Source: a virus | Taxonomy: Duplodnaviria; Caudoviricetes | IMG/VR virus record: IMGVR_UViG_3300032269_001670 | Location: 1-64,000 of that record | Length of the DNA stretch: 64,000 nucleotides | Strand: one strand, 5' to 3' | In this document: positions 9,084-15,875 of the stretch, in pieces | How positions within the stretch are numbered: the first letter of the stretch is position 1 | Layout of the letters: the number at the start of each line of letters is the position of its first letter | Program-made: the position numbers and the translations under genes | Notes under the pieces: model-generated | Database searches by the model: none | Told to the model about the DNA's origin: nothing | The model's input: only the letters and a program-made list of their open reading frames with translations

Positions 9084-9113
9084 AGTATACGCGGCCGGTC
9101 GCGGTCAGCGCAA
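9084..9113 (-). promoter_or_regulatory. sigma70-type promoter
   Basis: TTGCGC-N18-TATACT. Confidence 0.75.
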
Positions 9114-9124
9114 GTCCGAACCAT

Positions 9125-9360
9125 AGAGGAGAGAGAAGGGAGAGAGAGGAGAGAGAGTAGAGAGAAGTAGTTCTTGGGGTGTGGGGTATGGGGTAATGAT
9201 GAATGAATGATGAATGAGTGAATGATGAACTGGTGAATGATGAATGACGCTGACCGAATCCCGGTGAGCGTCGAGCTACGACCGAATGGAACGACGGACG
9301 GAGTGGCCTAGTTCTTGGGGTCTGTGGTGTGGGGTCTGGGGTCTGGGGTCTGGGGTGAAT
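9125..9360 (+). repeat. spacer: (GA)n tract, TAGTTCTTGGGG twice, TGAA repeats, (TCTGGGG)n
   Basis: GA-rich 9125-9166; TGAA/TGA 9196-9247; five GGGG at 9317-9355. Confidence 0.9.
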
Positions 9361-9380
9361 AATAGCCTGATGAATAGCAC

Positions 9381-9422
9381 CAACAAAAAGACCCCACCCC
9401 CGAAGGGGTGAGGCCTTTGTTG
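9381..9422 (-). terminator. intrinsic terminator (cassette F)
   Basis: CACCCCCGAAGGGGTG core with U-tract on minus strand. Confidence 0.8.
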
Positions 9423-9440
9423 CCCGTTCGCCGGCAGCGT

Positions 9441-9824
9441 TCAGAAGGGAGCGGCTTCCTCGTTCTGCTCGGTGTAGGCCTTGCGCGCCATCGTCCGCAT
9501 CTTGCGGATAGTGCGCTCATAGCGAGCACTGCTCTGCTGGTAGCACGAGGCCACCCACTCCATCAGTTCGGCGTCGGTCGTCCACTCCCAGAAGTCGAGA
9601 GGGAGAACGCCGAGGAGCGGGGCGGCATCGCCACCCTGCCAGAGGTGAACCTCGTTCACGGGCGCAGCCATCCCGTAGAGGATGGCCTCATAGCGGATCG
9701 CCTCGCCGTTGCCCGAATCCCGGCGAACGACCACCGACCGCTGCCAGAGCGAACCGCTGCGCTCGCCTTCCTGCTCATCTCCGAGAACTACCGAGAGGGT
9801 AGCCTTCTCATTACTCTTGGCCAT
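9441..9824 (-). CDS. hypothetical protein
   Basis: 127 aa from ATG at 9824; RBS AGAGGAG. Confidence 0.75.
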   Translation of the reverse strand: MAKSNEKATLSVVLGDEQEGERSGSLWQRSVVVRRDSGNGEAIRYEAILYGMAAPVNEVHLWQGGDAAPLLGVLPLDFWEWTTDAELMEWVASCYQQSSARYERTIRKMRTMARKAYTEQNEEAAPF

Positions 9825-9874
9825 TGCTGGTCTCCTCTGTGCTCGTCGGTGGAGCATTGCCACCGAACACCCCA

Positions 9875-9903
9875 AGTTTACCGGCACACAGGCAACAGCG
9901 CAA
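9875..9903 (-). promoter_or_regulatory. sigma70-type promoter
   Basis: TTGCGC-N17-TAAACT. Confidence 0.75.
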
Positions 9904-9944
9904 CAGGCCACCAACCGAACGACGACCGAGCGGCCAGTCAGTCA

Positions 9945-10083
9945 GTTAGTTAGTTGGTTAGTTCGTGGGGGTGCGGGGGGAATGAGTGGGGAGTGAATGA
10001 GTAATGAGTGAATGATGAATGAGGCCTGAACTATTGGTGGGGGTGTGGGGGTGTGGGGGGTGCGGGGTGAAATGTTGCCCGTG
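9945..10083 (+). repeat. spacer: (GTTA/GTCA)n, TGAA/TGAG repeats, G-tracts
   Basis: Four G-tracts at 10039-10067; TGAAATGTTGCCCGTG at 10068-10083. Confidence 0.85.
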
Positions 10084-10102
10084 AAAAGCTCTGACGAAAT
10101 GA

Positions 10103-10137
10103 TGAGGCCGCCACCCCCGACGGGATGACGGCCTCGG
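10103..10137 (-). terminator. terminator-like hairpin (cassette G)
   Basis: GAGGCCG...CGGCCTC stem; weak U tail. Confidence 0.6.
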
Positions 10138-10151
10138 TTCCGGTCGGACGA

Positions 10152-10643
10152 CTAGCAGCCGCCGATGCTCTTATCCTCAACCTGCTCCTCGCCGCCGATC
10201 ATCCACGACACAAGGCGGGTGAGGTTCACCTCGCGGTGGCCGTGGAACGCGGCGCGCTTCTCGCACGCACTACCCACAACTCCCGCGTACTCGCACGCCG
10301 TAGTCCAGCCGTACTCGGTCGGAGCCGACAGCACCAGATTGACGCACGGCTCACCCTTCTTGGTGATGTACACGCCGAGCGGGTGGACATCGCGGTTTAC
10401 CTGACCCGCAACGCGGAACAGGAACGACACGCGCCCCTTCTCATCAACCACCTGCTCGCCCGTGGTCTGAACGCGACCAAGTGCGCGGTGGGTAGCAGCA
10501 CGAGCAGCGGCCTTCTTGGCGCGCTCCTCAAACTGCTTCTTGGTGGTCGGCGCGCTCCACGCCGTCAGCACGACGATCTTACCGCCGGACTTCTTCGCCG
10601 CTTCTACGGCCTTCTCGTACGACATCCCCTTTGGTTCAGTCAT
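10152..10643 (-). CDS. hypothetical protein, paralog of 6091-6555
   Basis: 163 aa; shared blocks EAAKKSGGK.VVLT.W, RVAGQ.NRD.H.LGV, CEYAG..GSAC.KRA.FH.HR.VNLTRLVSW; ends in GC. Confidence 0.85.
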   Translation of the reverse strand: MTEPKGMSYEKAVEAAKKSGGKIVVLTAWSAPTTKKQFEERAKKAAARAATHRALGRVQTTGEQVVDEKGRVSFLFRVAGQVNRDVHPLGVYITKKGEPCVNLVLSAPTEYGWTTACEYAGVVGSACEKRAAFHGHREVNLTRLVSWMIGGEEQVEDKSIGGC

Positions 10644-10688
10644 AGGTTCCTTCTCCCTACTACTTCATCGGCAAGTGCCGACAGGTAC

Positions 10689-10717
10689 AGGTTAGCCCAT
10701 CAGACAGACGAACGCAA
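10689..10717 (-). promoter_or_regulatory. sigma70-type promoter
   Basis: TTGCGT-N17-TAACCT. Confidence 0.7.
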
Positions 10718-10744
10718 CCGCGACGCGCCAGACGCAACGCAGCC

Positions 10745-10834
10745 GGTCAGTCAGTCTGGGGTGTGGGGTATGGGGTGTGGGGTATGGGGGCGGTATAAAC
10801 CCGCAGTAATAGGCCGCCTGAAATGTTGCCCGTG
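10745..10834 (+). repeat. spacer: (TNTGGGG)x5
   Basis: TCTGGGG TGTGGGG TATGGGG TGTGGGG TATGGGGG at 10755-10790. Confidence 0.9.
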
Positions 10835-10850
10835 TAAAGCTGTACAAAGA

Positions 10851-10892
10851 GAGAGGCCGCCACCCCCGCACAGATGGGAGCGACGGCCTCGG
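10851..10892 (-). terminator. intrinsic terminator (cassette H)
   Basis: GAGGCCG...CGGCCTC stem with pyrimidine tail. Confidence 0.7.
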
Positions 10893-10909
10893 AGCCGAAC
10901 CGGAGAGGC

Positions 10910-11377
10910 CTAGCGGTAGTCGCTCGGCATCACCGGATTGTGGAGTGAGTCAATCCACACCGCGCCAATAAGCGGCGTATCCAAGAGCGTAGACTCAATG
11001 GCCTCAAAGACCTCGGCAGCGATAGGCGACGACTCGCCACCGGTAGCGTCTACGAAGTTAGCGAACGCGACCGGATCGCCGGAGAAGATCGCCGCCTGAG
11101 CGATAGTGATGGTCTTCCACGAATCAGCCTCGTAGTATGACCAGAACGAGCCGCCGGTCTCGTCGTCAGCCCAGCCAATCAGCACCGCAAGAGCGGTGCC
11201 GTAGGTTGGCACATAAGCGATGAGGTCGTCGCCGTCGCCGTAGCGAACATAGGCGCGATAGGCCGCGTCAGCCGGTAGCGTCTGGCGGCAAGCAGGGCAG
11301 ACACCCTGCGACTGGTTGCCGAGGTACTTCTGAACCCACTTCGTCGCCGGAGTGGTCTGGTCAGTTGCGTTGCTCAT
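10910..11377 (-). CDS. hypothetical protein with CxxC
   Basis: 155 aa from ATG at 11377; RBS AGGAAGGAA. Confidence 0.75.
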   Translation of the reverse strand: MSNATDQTTPATKWVQKYLGNQSQGVCPACRQTLPADAAYRAYVRYGDGDDLIAYVPTYGTALAVLIGWADDETGGSFWSYYEADSWKTITIAQAAIFSGDPVAFANFVDATGGESSPIAAEVFEAIESTLLDTPLIGAVWIDSLHNPVMPSDYR

Positions 11378-11426
11378 CTGTTCCTTCCTTCCTGTGCCTG
11401 TGCCGTTGCCAAGTGGCAACAGGTAC

Positions 11427-11455
11427 AAGGTAAGGCCTACCGCGCCAGAAGTCAA
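11427..11455 (-). promoter_or_regulatory. sigma70-type promoter
   Basis: TTGACT-N17-TACCTT. Confidence 0.75.
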
Positions 11456-11563
11456 ACGCCGTTGCGGAGAGCGCAACCGGTAGCGGGTGAGATGTCGCTC
11501 GTGGGGTGTGGGGTGCGGGGTCGCCGGTACAGGTACGGCCTGAATAATGAACTGATAACAACA

Positions 11564-11607
11564 CAAAAAAAAGAGGCCGCCCCCGGCACAGATCGGGGAC
11601 GGCCTCG
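11564..11607 (-). terminator. intrinsic terminator (cassette I)
   Basis: GAGGCCG...CGGCCTC stem followed by T8 on minus strand. Confidence 0.85.
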
Positions 11608-11626
11608 TAGATAACCGGAGCGACGA

Positions 11627-11995
11627 CTACATCGGGAACCCGCCGAACTCTAACGCCTTGATGATGGCGGCGAGTTCGTCCTCGGTGAAACCGCGCAGCT
11701 CGTCGTCGTGAACGAGTGAGCACGTACCGACAAGTCCATCACCGAACAGGTACGCCGGCGCGGACTTAGTAGCGAGAGCCAGAACATCAGACGCGGTGAG
11801 GTTCACGGCCGGCTCAGACTTGAGCAGTCCCTCCTCGTCGGCAATGAGCGCAACCGGCACGCCGCCGATCTTGCCGGAGCCGACTACCTCGACCATCTCG
11901 CACTCAGTCGCAGCGTAGAGGCCGGCGAGTCCCTGACCACGAGCGACGACGGACACCTTGCCCGGAGCAATCCTGAGAACCTGTGAGTCGTTCAT
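11627..11995 (-). CDS. DUF3846-like protein
   Basis: 122 aa; VEVV...LIADEEGLLKSEPAVN..AS...LVG...GFTEDE pattern. Confidence 0.65.
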   Translation of the reverse strand: MNDSQVLRIAPGKVSVVARGQGLAGLYAATECEMVEVVGSGKIGGVPVALIADEEGLLKSEPAVNLTASDVLALATKSAPAYLFGDGLVGTCSLVHDDELRGFTEDELAAIIKALEFGGFPM

Positions 11996-12041
11996 TGTTT
12001 CCTTCCTTTCCTGTGCTTCATCGGGAAGTCCCGACACAGAG

Positions 12042-12069
12042 AGAATACATTACCCACGCCGGAAGTCAA
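12042..12069 (-). promoter_or_regulatory. sigma70-type promoter
   Basis: TTGACT-N16-TATTCT. Confidence 0.7.
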
Positions 12070-12166
12070 CACCCCCCCCCTAAGGCCGGCCTGTCCAAGT
12101 CGAGCGTGTAGCTGGGGGCGTGGGGGGTTGGGGGGTCTGGTACAGGTACGGCCTGATAAATGACCC

Positions 12167-12209
12167 AAAGAAAAACCCCCTCACAGATGCCCGTCTGCGA
12201 GGGGGTGTT
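12167..12209 (-). terminator. intrinsic terminator (cassette J)
   Basis: ACCCCCTC.CAGA...TCTG.GAGGGGGT with TTTTTCTTT tail. Confidence 0.85.
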
Positions 12210-12236
12210 AGACCGGCGGAAAGGATCGCCGGCGTA

Positions 12237-12518
12237 TTATTCGGGGCGCACGAAACGGCCTTCCTCTCCGTTCTCCATCAAGACGAAGTCGGCAAGATGA
12301 CGCGCGATAGCCTCAGCGTCATCATCACGACCAAGCACCGGATAGCCGGCGGTACAACCCTGCGAGTAGTGGTAGCCGTCAAGGTCAAGCTTCCACAGCG
12401 TTCCGCCAAAGTTCACGCCGTCCTCGCTCATCAGCGCGACCCACGACTCGGAGTCAAGGTCAATGCGAAGGTATCCGGCCTCGTCCATCTCGTAAGCCTC
12501 AGTTCCGGTAAGTGCCAT
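12237..12518 (-). CDS. hypothetical protein
   Basis: 93 aa; RBS GAGAGGAGAGG. Confidence 0.7.
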   Translation of the reverse strand: MALTGTEAYEMDEAGYLRIDLDSESWVALMSEDGVNFGGTLWKLDLDGYHYSQGCTAGYPVLGRDDDAEAIARHLADFVLMENGEEGRFVRPE

Positions 12519-12533
12519 TTGTCCTCTCCTCTC

Positions 12534-12707
12534 TCAACCTGCCGGCGCGCACATCGCGTCGGTACAAGGCCAGCCTAGCAGAACCGCGACCAATGCCGCA
12601 AGTGCCGCAAGATACAATGCGCGACGGAGCAGCTGCTCGCGTCGCTGCTGCCGAACCCACGCCTCAGTTTCGCGCAGGTATTCGGCCTTCGTAATCAAAC
12701 TACGCAT
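12534..12707 (-). CDS. small single-pass membrane protein
   Basis: 57 aa from ATG at 12707; hydrophobic ALYLAALAALVAVLLG. Confidence 0.6.
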   Translation of the reverse strand: MRSLITKAEYLRETEAWVRQQRREQLLRRALYLAALAALVAVLLGWPCTDAMCAPAG

Positions 12708-12942
12708 TATCGTTCTCCTCATCAAGCGGATACCCTGCCGACTCCAAGAGGTAGACCGCGCACTCCGCAATCGCGCTCTTATAGTCGCCGAAGGTAGCGC
12801 GCTCTCCGGGGTAGAAGTCGTCAAACGCAATGTCGGGCAGGTCATCAGCCGAGAGGCCAACCTTCACCTCAACCTTGCGCGATACGGCCTCAATGAACTT
12901 CTCAAAGGGAAGCTCAATCATCTCGTTCACATCACGGCTCAT
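12700..12942 (-). CDS. hypothetical protein
   Basis: 80 aa; RBS GAAGGAAGGAG. Confidence 0.7.
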   Translation of the reverse strand: MSRDVNEMIELPFEKFIEAVSRKVEVKVGLSADDLPDIAFDDFYPGERATFGDYKSAIAECAVYLLESAGYPLDEENDNA

Positions 12943-12984
12943 CAGATACTCCTTCCTTCCATACCGGCAAGTGCCGGCTACGCC

Positions 12985-13014
12985 AGACTACACCCGACGC
13001 TAGGCCTGAGTCAA
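12985..13014 (-). promoter_or_regulatory. sigma70-type promoter
   Basis: TTGACT-N18-TAGTCT, overlapping the 3' end of the upstream ORF. Confidence 0.75.
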
Positions 13015-13221
13015 GGCCTCAGTTGGGTCAAACACATCAGGCCGGCCTTCTGCCACCCAAGCGTCAAGCTCCGTGCGCCACTTGTACGGCCGCTCAATGA
13101 GGTCAAGCAACAAGTCGCATCGGTCATTGGTCTCCGCATACTCCGCATACCCGCCGTGAACCATTGCGCGAGCAAACGCCAACACATCAGATTCGTCGTA
13201 AGGCCAATCAAATCGCCCCAT
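13000..13221 (-). CDS. hypothetical protein
   Basis: 73 aa from ATG at 13221; RBS AGGAAGGA. Confidence 0.65.
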   Translation of the reverse strand: MGRFDWPYDESDVLAFARAMVHGGYAEYAETNDRCDLLLDLIERPYKWRTELDAWVAEGRPDVFDPTEALTQA

Positions 13222-13360
13222 TATCTCGTCCTTCCTGTACGCCAATCTCCTCTAAGGCCGATACCTGAGCGTCAGCAAAGCACTCCGCACAGATACGCGA
13301 TTCGTACTGCCGGTCGTCCTCTACTTCACTCCCGCACCAAGAACAAGCGTTCCTACTCAC
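13208..13360 (-). CDS. small zinc-finger-like protein
   Basis: GTG start after AAGGAG; CSWC...CAEC. Confidence 0.55.
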   Translation of the reverse strand: MSRNACSWCGSEVEDDRQYESRICAECFADAQVSALEEIGVQEGRDNGAI

Positions 13361-13721
13361 CCGATACTCCTTCCTTATGAGCCGCATACTCATCGGCTAC
13401 CCTACGAGCATACTGCTTGGCTTCCTCAAAGTCAATCAGCACTTCGCCGTCCTCGTTCTCCCCCCAGACGACCTCGAACCACGGATTATGCGCCCACTCA
13501 ATCAGGCCGCTCTCCTCGGCAGCGGCGAGCTTCTCGTCGGTATCAAGCCCCTTCTCGTCAAGGTCGCTCGTGTACCGGAGAATACTGGTTTCACCAGACG
13601 GCTCTCGGTAGACAACGCGCATCTCTCCGGCTCGGTACACAACGACTTCCTTGTCGGCGGTGAACCATACTGGGTCAGAATCGTGGTACTGCGTAAAGAA
13701 GGCCGCGTCGTTCCTGCTCAT
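13353..13721 (-). CDS. hypothetical acidic protein
   Basis: 122 aa; start overlaps upstream stop. Confidence 0.65.
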   Translation of the reverse strand: MSRNDAAFFTQYHDSDPVWFTADKEVVVYRAGEMRVVYREPSGETSILRYTSDLDEKGLDTDEKLAAAEESGLIEWAHNPWFEVVWGENEDGEVLIDFEEAKQYARRVADEYAAHKEGVSGE

Positions 13722-14026
13722 TAGTTCCACCCAACTTCCTGCCACGCGACAAAGCACTCGTCGCACAAATCCACCGACTCCTCATAGGCGTTCTCATAGC
13801 CGTTCCACCCGTAGCTGAAAGGCCGCGCCTTCACTCCTGCGTGCGACCACTCAGGCCACCGGTTCGCGTTCTCGCAAGTGCGGAACTCATCAAGGCCGTT
13901 GTTGTTCTGGTGCGTACCATCGCCGCAATCAACGCAAGTACCACCAGACAACGGAACCTCACAACCGCAACGGCACGAGCAGGTACTCTCCTGCGGGTCG
14001 CCAACCGGAATCTCAAACAAGTCCAT
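13721..14026 (-). CDS. Cys-rich hypothetical protein
   Basis: 101 aa from ATG at 14026; CSCRCGC, CVDC, CDEC. Confidence 0.7.
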   Translation of the reverse strand: MDLFEIPVGDPQESTCSCRCGCEVPLSGGTCVDCGDGTHQNNNGLDEFRTCENANRWPEWSHAGVKARPFSYGWNGYENAYEESVDLCDECFVAWQEVGWN

Positions 14027-14069
14027 CTGTCCTCTCCTTCCACTACACCGGCAATCACCGGTACAACGA

Positions 14070-14098
14070 ACACTACACCCAACGATTCCTGTCGTCAA
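14070..14098 (-). promoter_or_regulatory. sigma70-type promoter
   Basis: TTGACG-N17-TAGTGT. Confidence 0.75.
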
Positions 14099-14103
14099 GT
14101 ATG

Positions 14104-14538
14104 AAGGGGAGCCGACCAGACACCACATCTGGCCGACCCCCCCAGCTTTCGCGCTACTGACGCTTATCCCCTTTCACAGAGGCAACCTTCGGCTCTCGCC
14201 TGATTGCTGATACCGGCCACCCTGATGGTTAGTCCAAATGCCCCGTATCTTTATCGTCGCGGGCAGTTCGTCTATCTGCCAACTATCCGGCCTCTACCCG
14301 GAACGGATTCATTATGTCCCGGAACCCCTGAGAGCCGTCGCTCCCAGAGATTCCGGTAGGTTGGTCGCTTCCACCGGTATTGGCCATAGCCCCGGCTTCC
14401 GCTTCCCAAGCTTCCTCTCCCGCATTTACAGCAGCGATTAGAGGCCATCACTCGCCTGAACCACTTCGCATTTTTTGGCTGCGTGCTTTGTTCCTAACAC
14501 TCTCACCTAGTCGTCGCGTTCCTAGGATTGCTCCGACA
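14104..14538 (-). ncRNA. candidate large structured non-coding RNA (about 430 nt)
   Basis: No minus-strand ORF of 60 aa or more; promoter TTGACG-N17-GAAACT at 14544-14572; many hand-folded hairpins, several with GNRA loops; long 3' hairpin. Confidence 0.55.
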
Positions 14539-14668
14539 TACGAAGTTTCTCACACCGGTATCACCTCGTCAAGTAAGTTGCGGATAAGGTTTGTGTAAGG
14601 TATCTTAACTATTGGGGGTTTGGGGGTTGCGCCGGTATACGGCCTGGATAATGAATAAGTCGAGCTAC

Positions 14669-14707
14669 AAAGAAAAACCCCCGGTGGGAGGACTCCACCG
14701 GGGGGAT
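14669..14707 (-). terminator. intrinsic terminator downstream of the RadC-like gene
   Basis: CCCCCGGTGG...CCACCGGGGG with TTTTTCTTT tail. Confidence 0.85.
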
Positions 14708-14747
14708 AGGACTCGTGGGGAGGAGGACACCCCCCTACGAGTCGTAG

Positions 14748-15242
14748 CTAGTTCAGGGTGCTGTCCTCAAACATACTCGGCTTCTGTGAGCGGATACTCG
14801 TGAACGCTCCGTTCGCTCCGACGACCAGATGGTCAAGGAACTGAACATCAAGCAGCGTGGCGGCCTTCGCCACATCAGCCGTAAGCCTAATGTCCTCATC
14901 AGACGGCTGATGGTCGCCCGAAGGGTGATTGTGAACCAACGCCAGACCGACCGCGCCCATCATCAGCGCAGAGCGGAGCAGTTCGCCAATCCGCACCGAA
15001 GTTCCGGTCGCCGTACCAGAGTAGATACGATGAATCCCAAGCAGGTTGTTGCGCCCACCGAACGACACGACGAACAAGGCCTCACTCATCTCCGCGTCAG
15101 CGAACTCGCGGAACAGAGCCGCAAGGTCGCGTGGACTCGTGATGACCGCCGACTTGTTGCTGCGTGAGGTGCGCTTCACCGAATACTCATAGGCGTTCCA
15201 CATACCAGTTTCGGCAATGCTATTAGCCTTCCTCTTTGCCAT
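14748..15242 (-). CDS. RadC-like JAB/MPN domain protein
   Basis: ITSPRD, EALFVV, VHNHPSGDHQPSDEDIRLT, LDHLVVG. Confidence 0.9.
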   Translation of the reverse strand: MAKRKANSIAETGMWNAYEYSVKRTSRSNKSAVITSPRDLAALFREFADAEMSEALFVVSFGGRNNLLGIHRIYSGTATGTSVRIGELLRSALMMGAVGLALVHNHPSGDHQPSDEDIRLTADVAKAATLLDVQFLDHLVVGANGAFTSIRSQKPSMFEDSTLN

Positions 15243-15250
15243 AAGTCCTC

Positions 15251-15595
15251 CTAGTAATCCTTGACGAGAATCTTTTTGTCCTCGTTCTCTGGCAACTCTA
15301 CCACCAATCCGTAGTAGTCGCAATACTGCTTGATGAGGTCGAGTGCGCGATGCCCACCAGACCACCCCAGATAGCACTCATCTGAGTCGGTATCGCGGTT
15401 CTGGTCGTGGTAAAAGAAATACACCGGATCGCTAATGTTGTCCGCATCAGCCATCAGACTAAGCTCCGCTGCGGTACAGGTATTACAGCACCACCGACCA
15501 ATCTTTTCTGGCCCATACACATAAGCCTCGGTGTCGCGGAACATCGTCATCAGAAGGTCGTCTAACGAATCCCAGAAGTCAATGTACGGCCTCAT
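15251..15595 (-). CDS. hypothetical protein (possibly DUF6891-like)
   Basis: 114 aa; FFYHDQ...YLGW...GLVVE...KILV. Confidence 0.6.
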   Translation of the reverse strand: MRPYIDFWDSLDDLLMTMFRDTEAYVYGPEKIGRWCCNTCTAAELSLMADADNISDPVYFFYHDQNRDTDSDECYLGWSGGHRALDLIKQYCDYYGLVVELPENEDKKILVKDY

Positions 15596-15795
15596 CAGTA
15601 AGTCCCCTCTCCGCCGCAGCCACACTCGCCCTCGTAGCAGGTTGCCCCTTCCGAAAGCAGCATCGCGCAGCCATACTTCTCGGAGCGGTGTTCCTCGCAC
15701 GGATCGCAGTACCACTGAACGATACCGGAAGCGTTGTTATCAGCCCAATAGCCGTTCTCTACGACCTGCTTACAGGTGTCGCATTGCGTTCCCAT
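15595..15795 (-). CDS. small Cys-rich protein
   Basis: 66 aa; CDTC, CDPC, CYEGECGC. Confidence 0.65.
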   Translation of the reverse strand: MGTQCDTCKQVVENGYWADNNASGIVQWYCDPCEEHRSEKYGCAMLLSEGATCYEGECGCGGEGTY

Positions 15796-15843
15796 TGTCC
15801 TCTCCTCTCCTACTAGCTAGATAGCCGAACCCGGCTACGCCTA

Positions 15844-15872
15844 ACACTAAACGATAAACGCAGCCGGGTCAA
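15844..15872 (-). promoter_or_regulatory. sigma70-type promoter
   Basis: TTGACC-N17-TAGTGT. Confidence 0.75.
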
Positions 15873-15875
15873 ACC

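Noticed and set aside
5290-12200. CRISPR array or integron attC array
   Set aside because: Repeats are not constant in length or sequence, the intervening units are whole genes, there are no attC R/L boxes, and no cas or intI gene is present. The 1282-2142 nuclease fits a recombination exonuclease.
14220-14420. RNase P RNA (GAGGAAG and CAGAUAGACGAA resemble conserved segments)
   Set aside because: I could not find the P4 pairing (AAGUCCGGG with CCCGGCUU) or the ACAGAA motif; kept only as an unclassified structured RNA.
14104-14538. Group I or group II intron
   Set aside because: No interrupted gene, and no recognisable P7/R/S elements or domain V by eye; needs cmscan to exclude fully.
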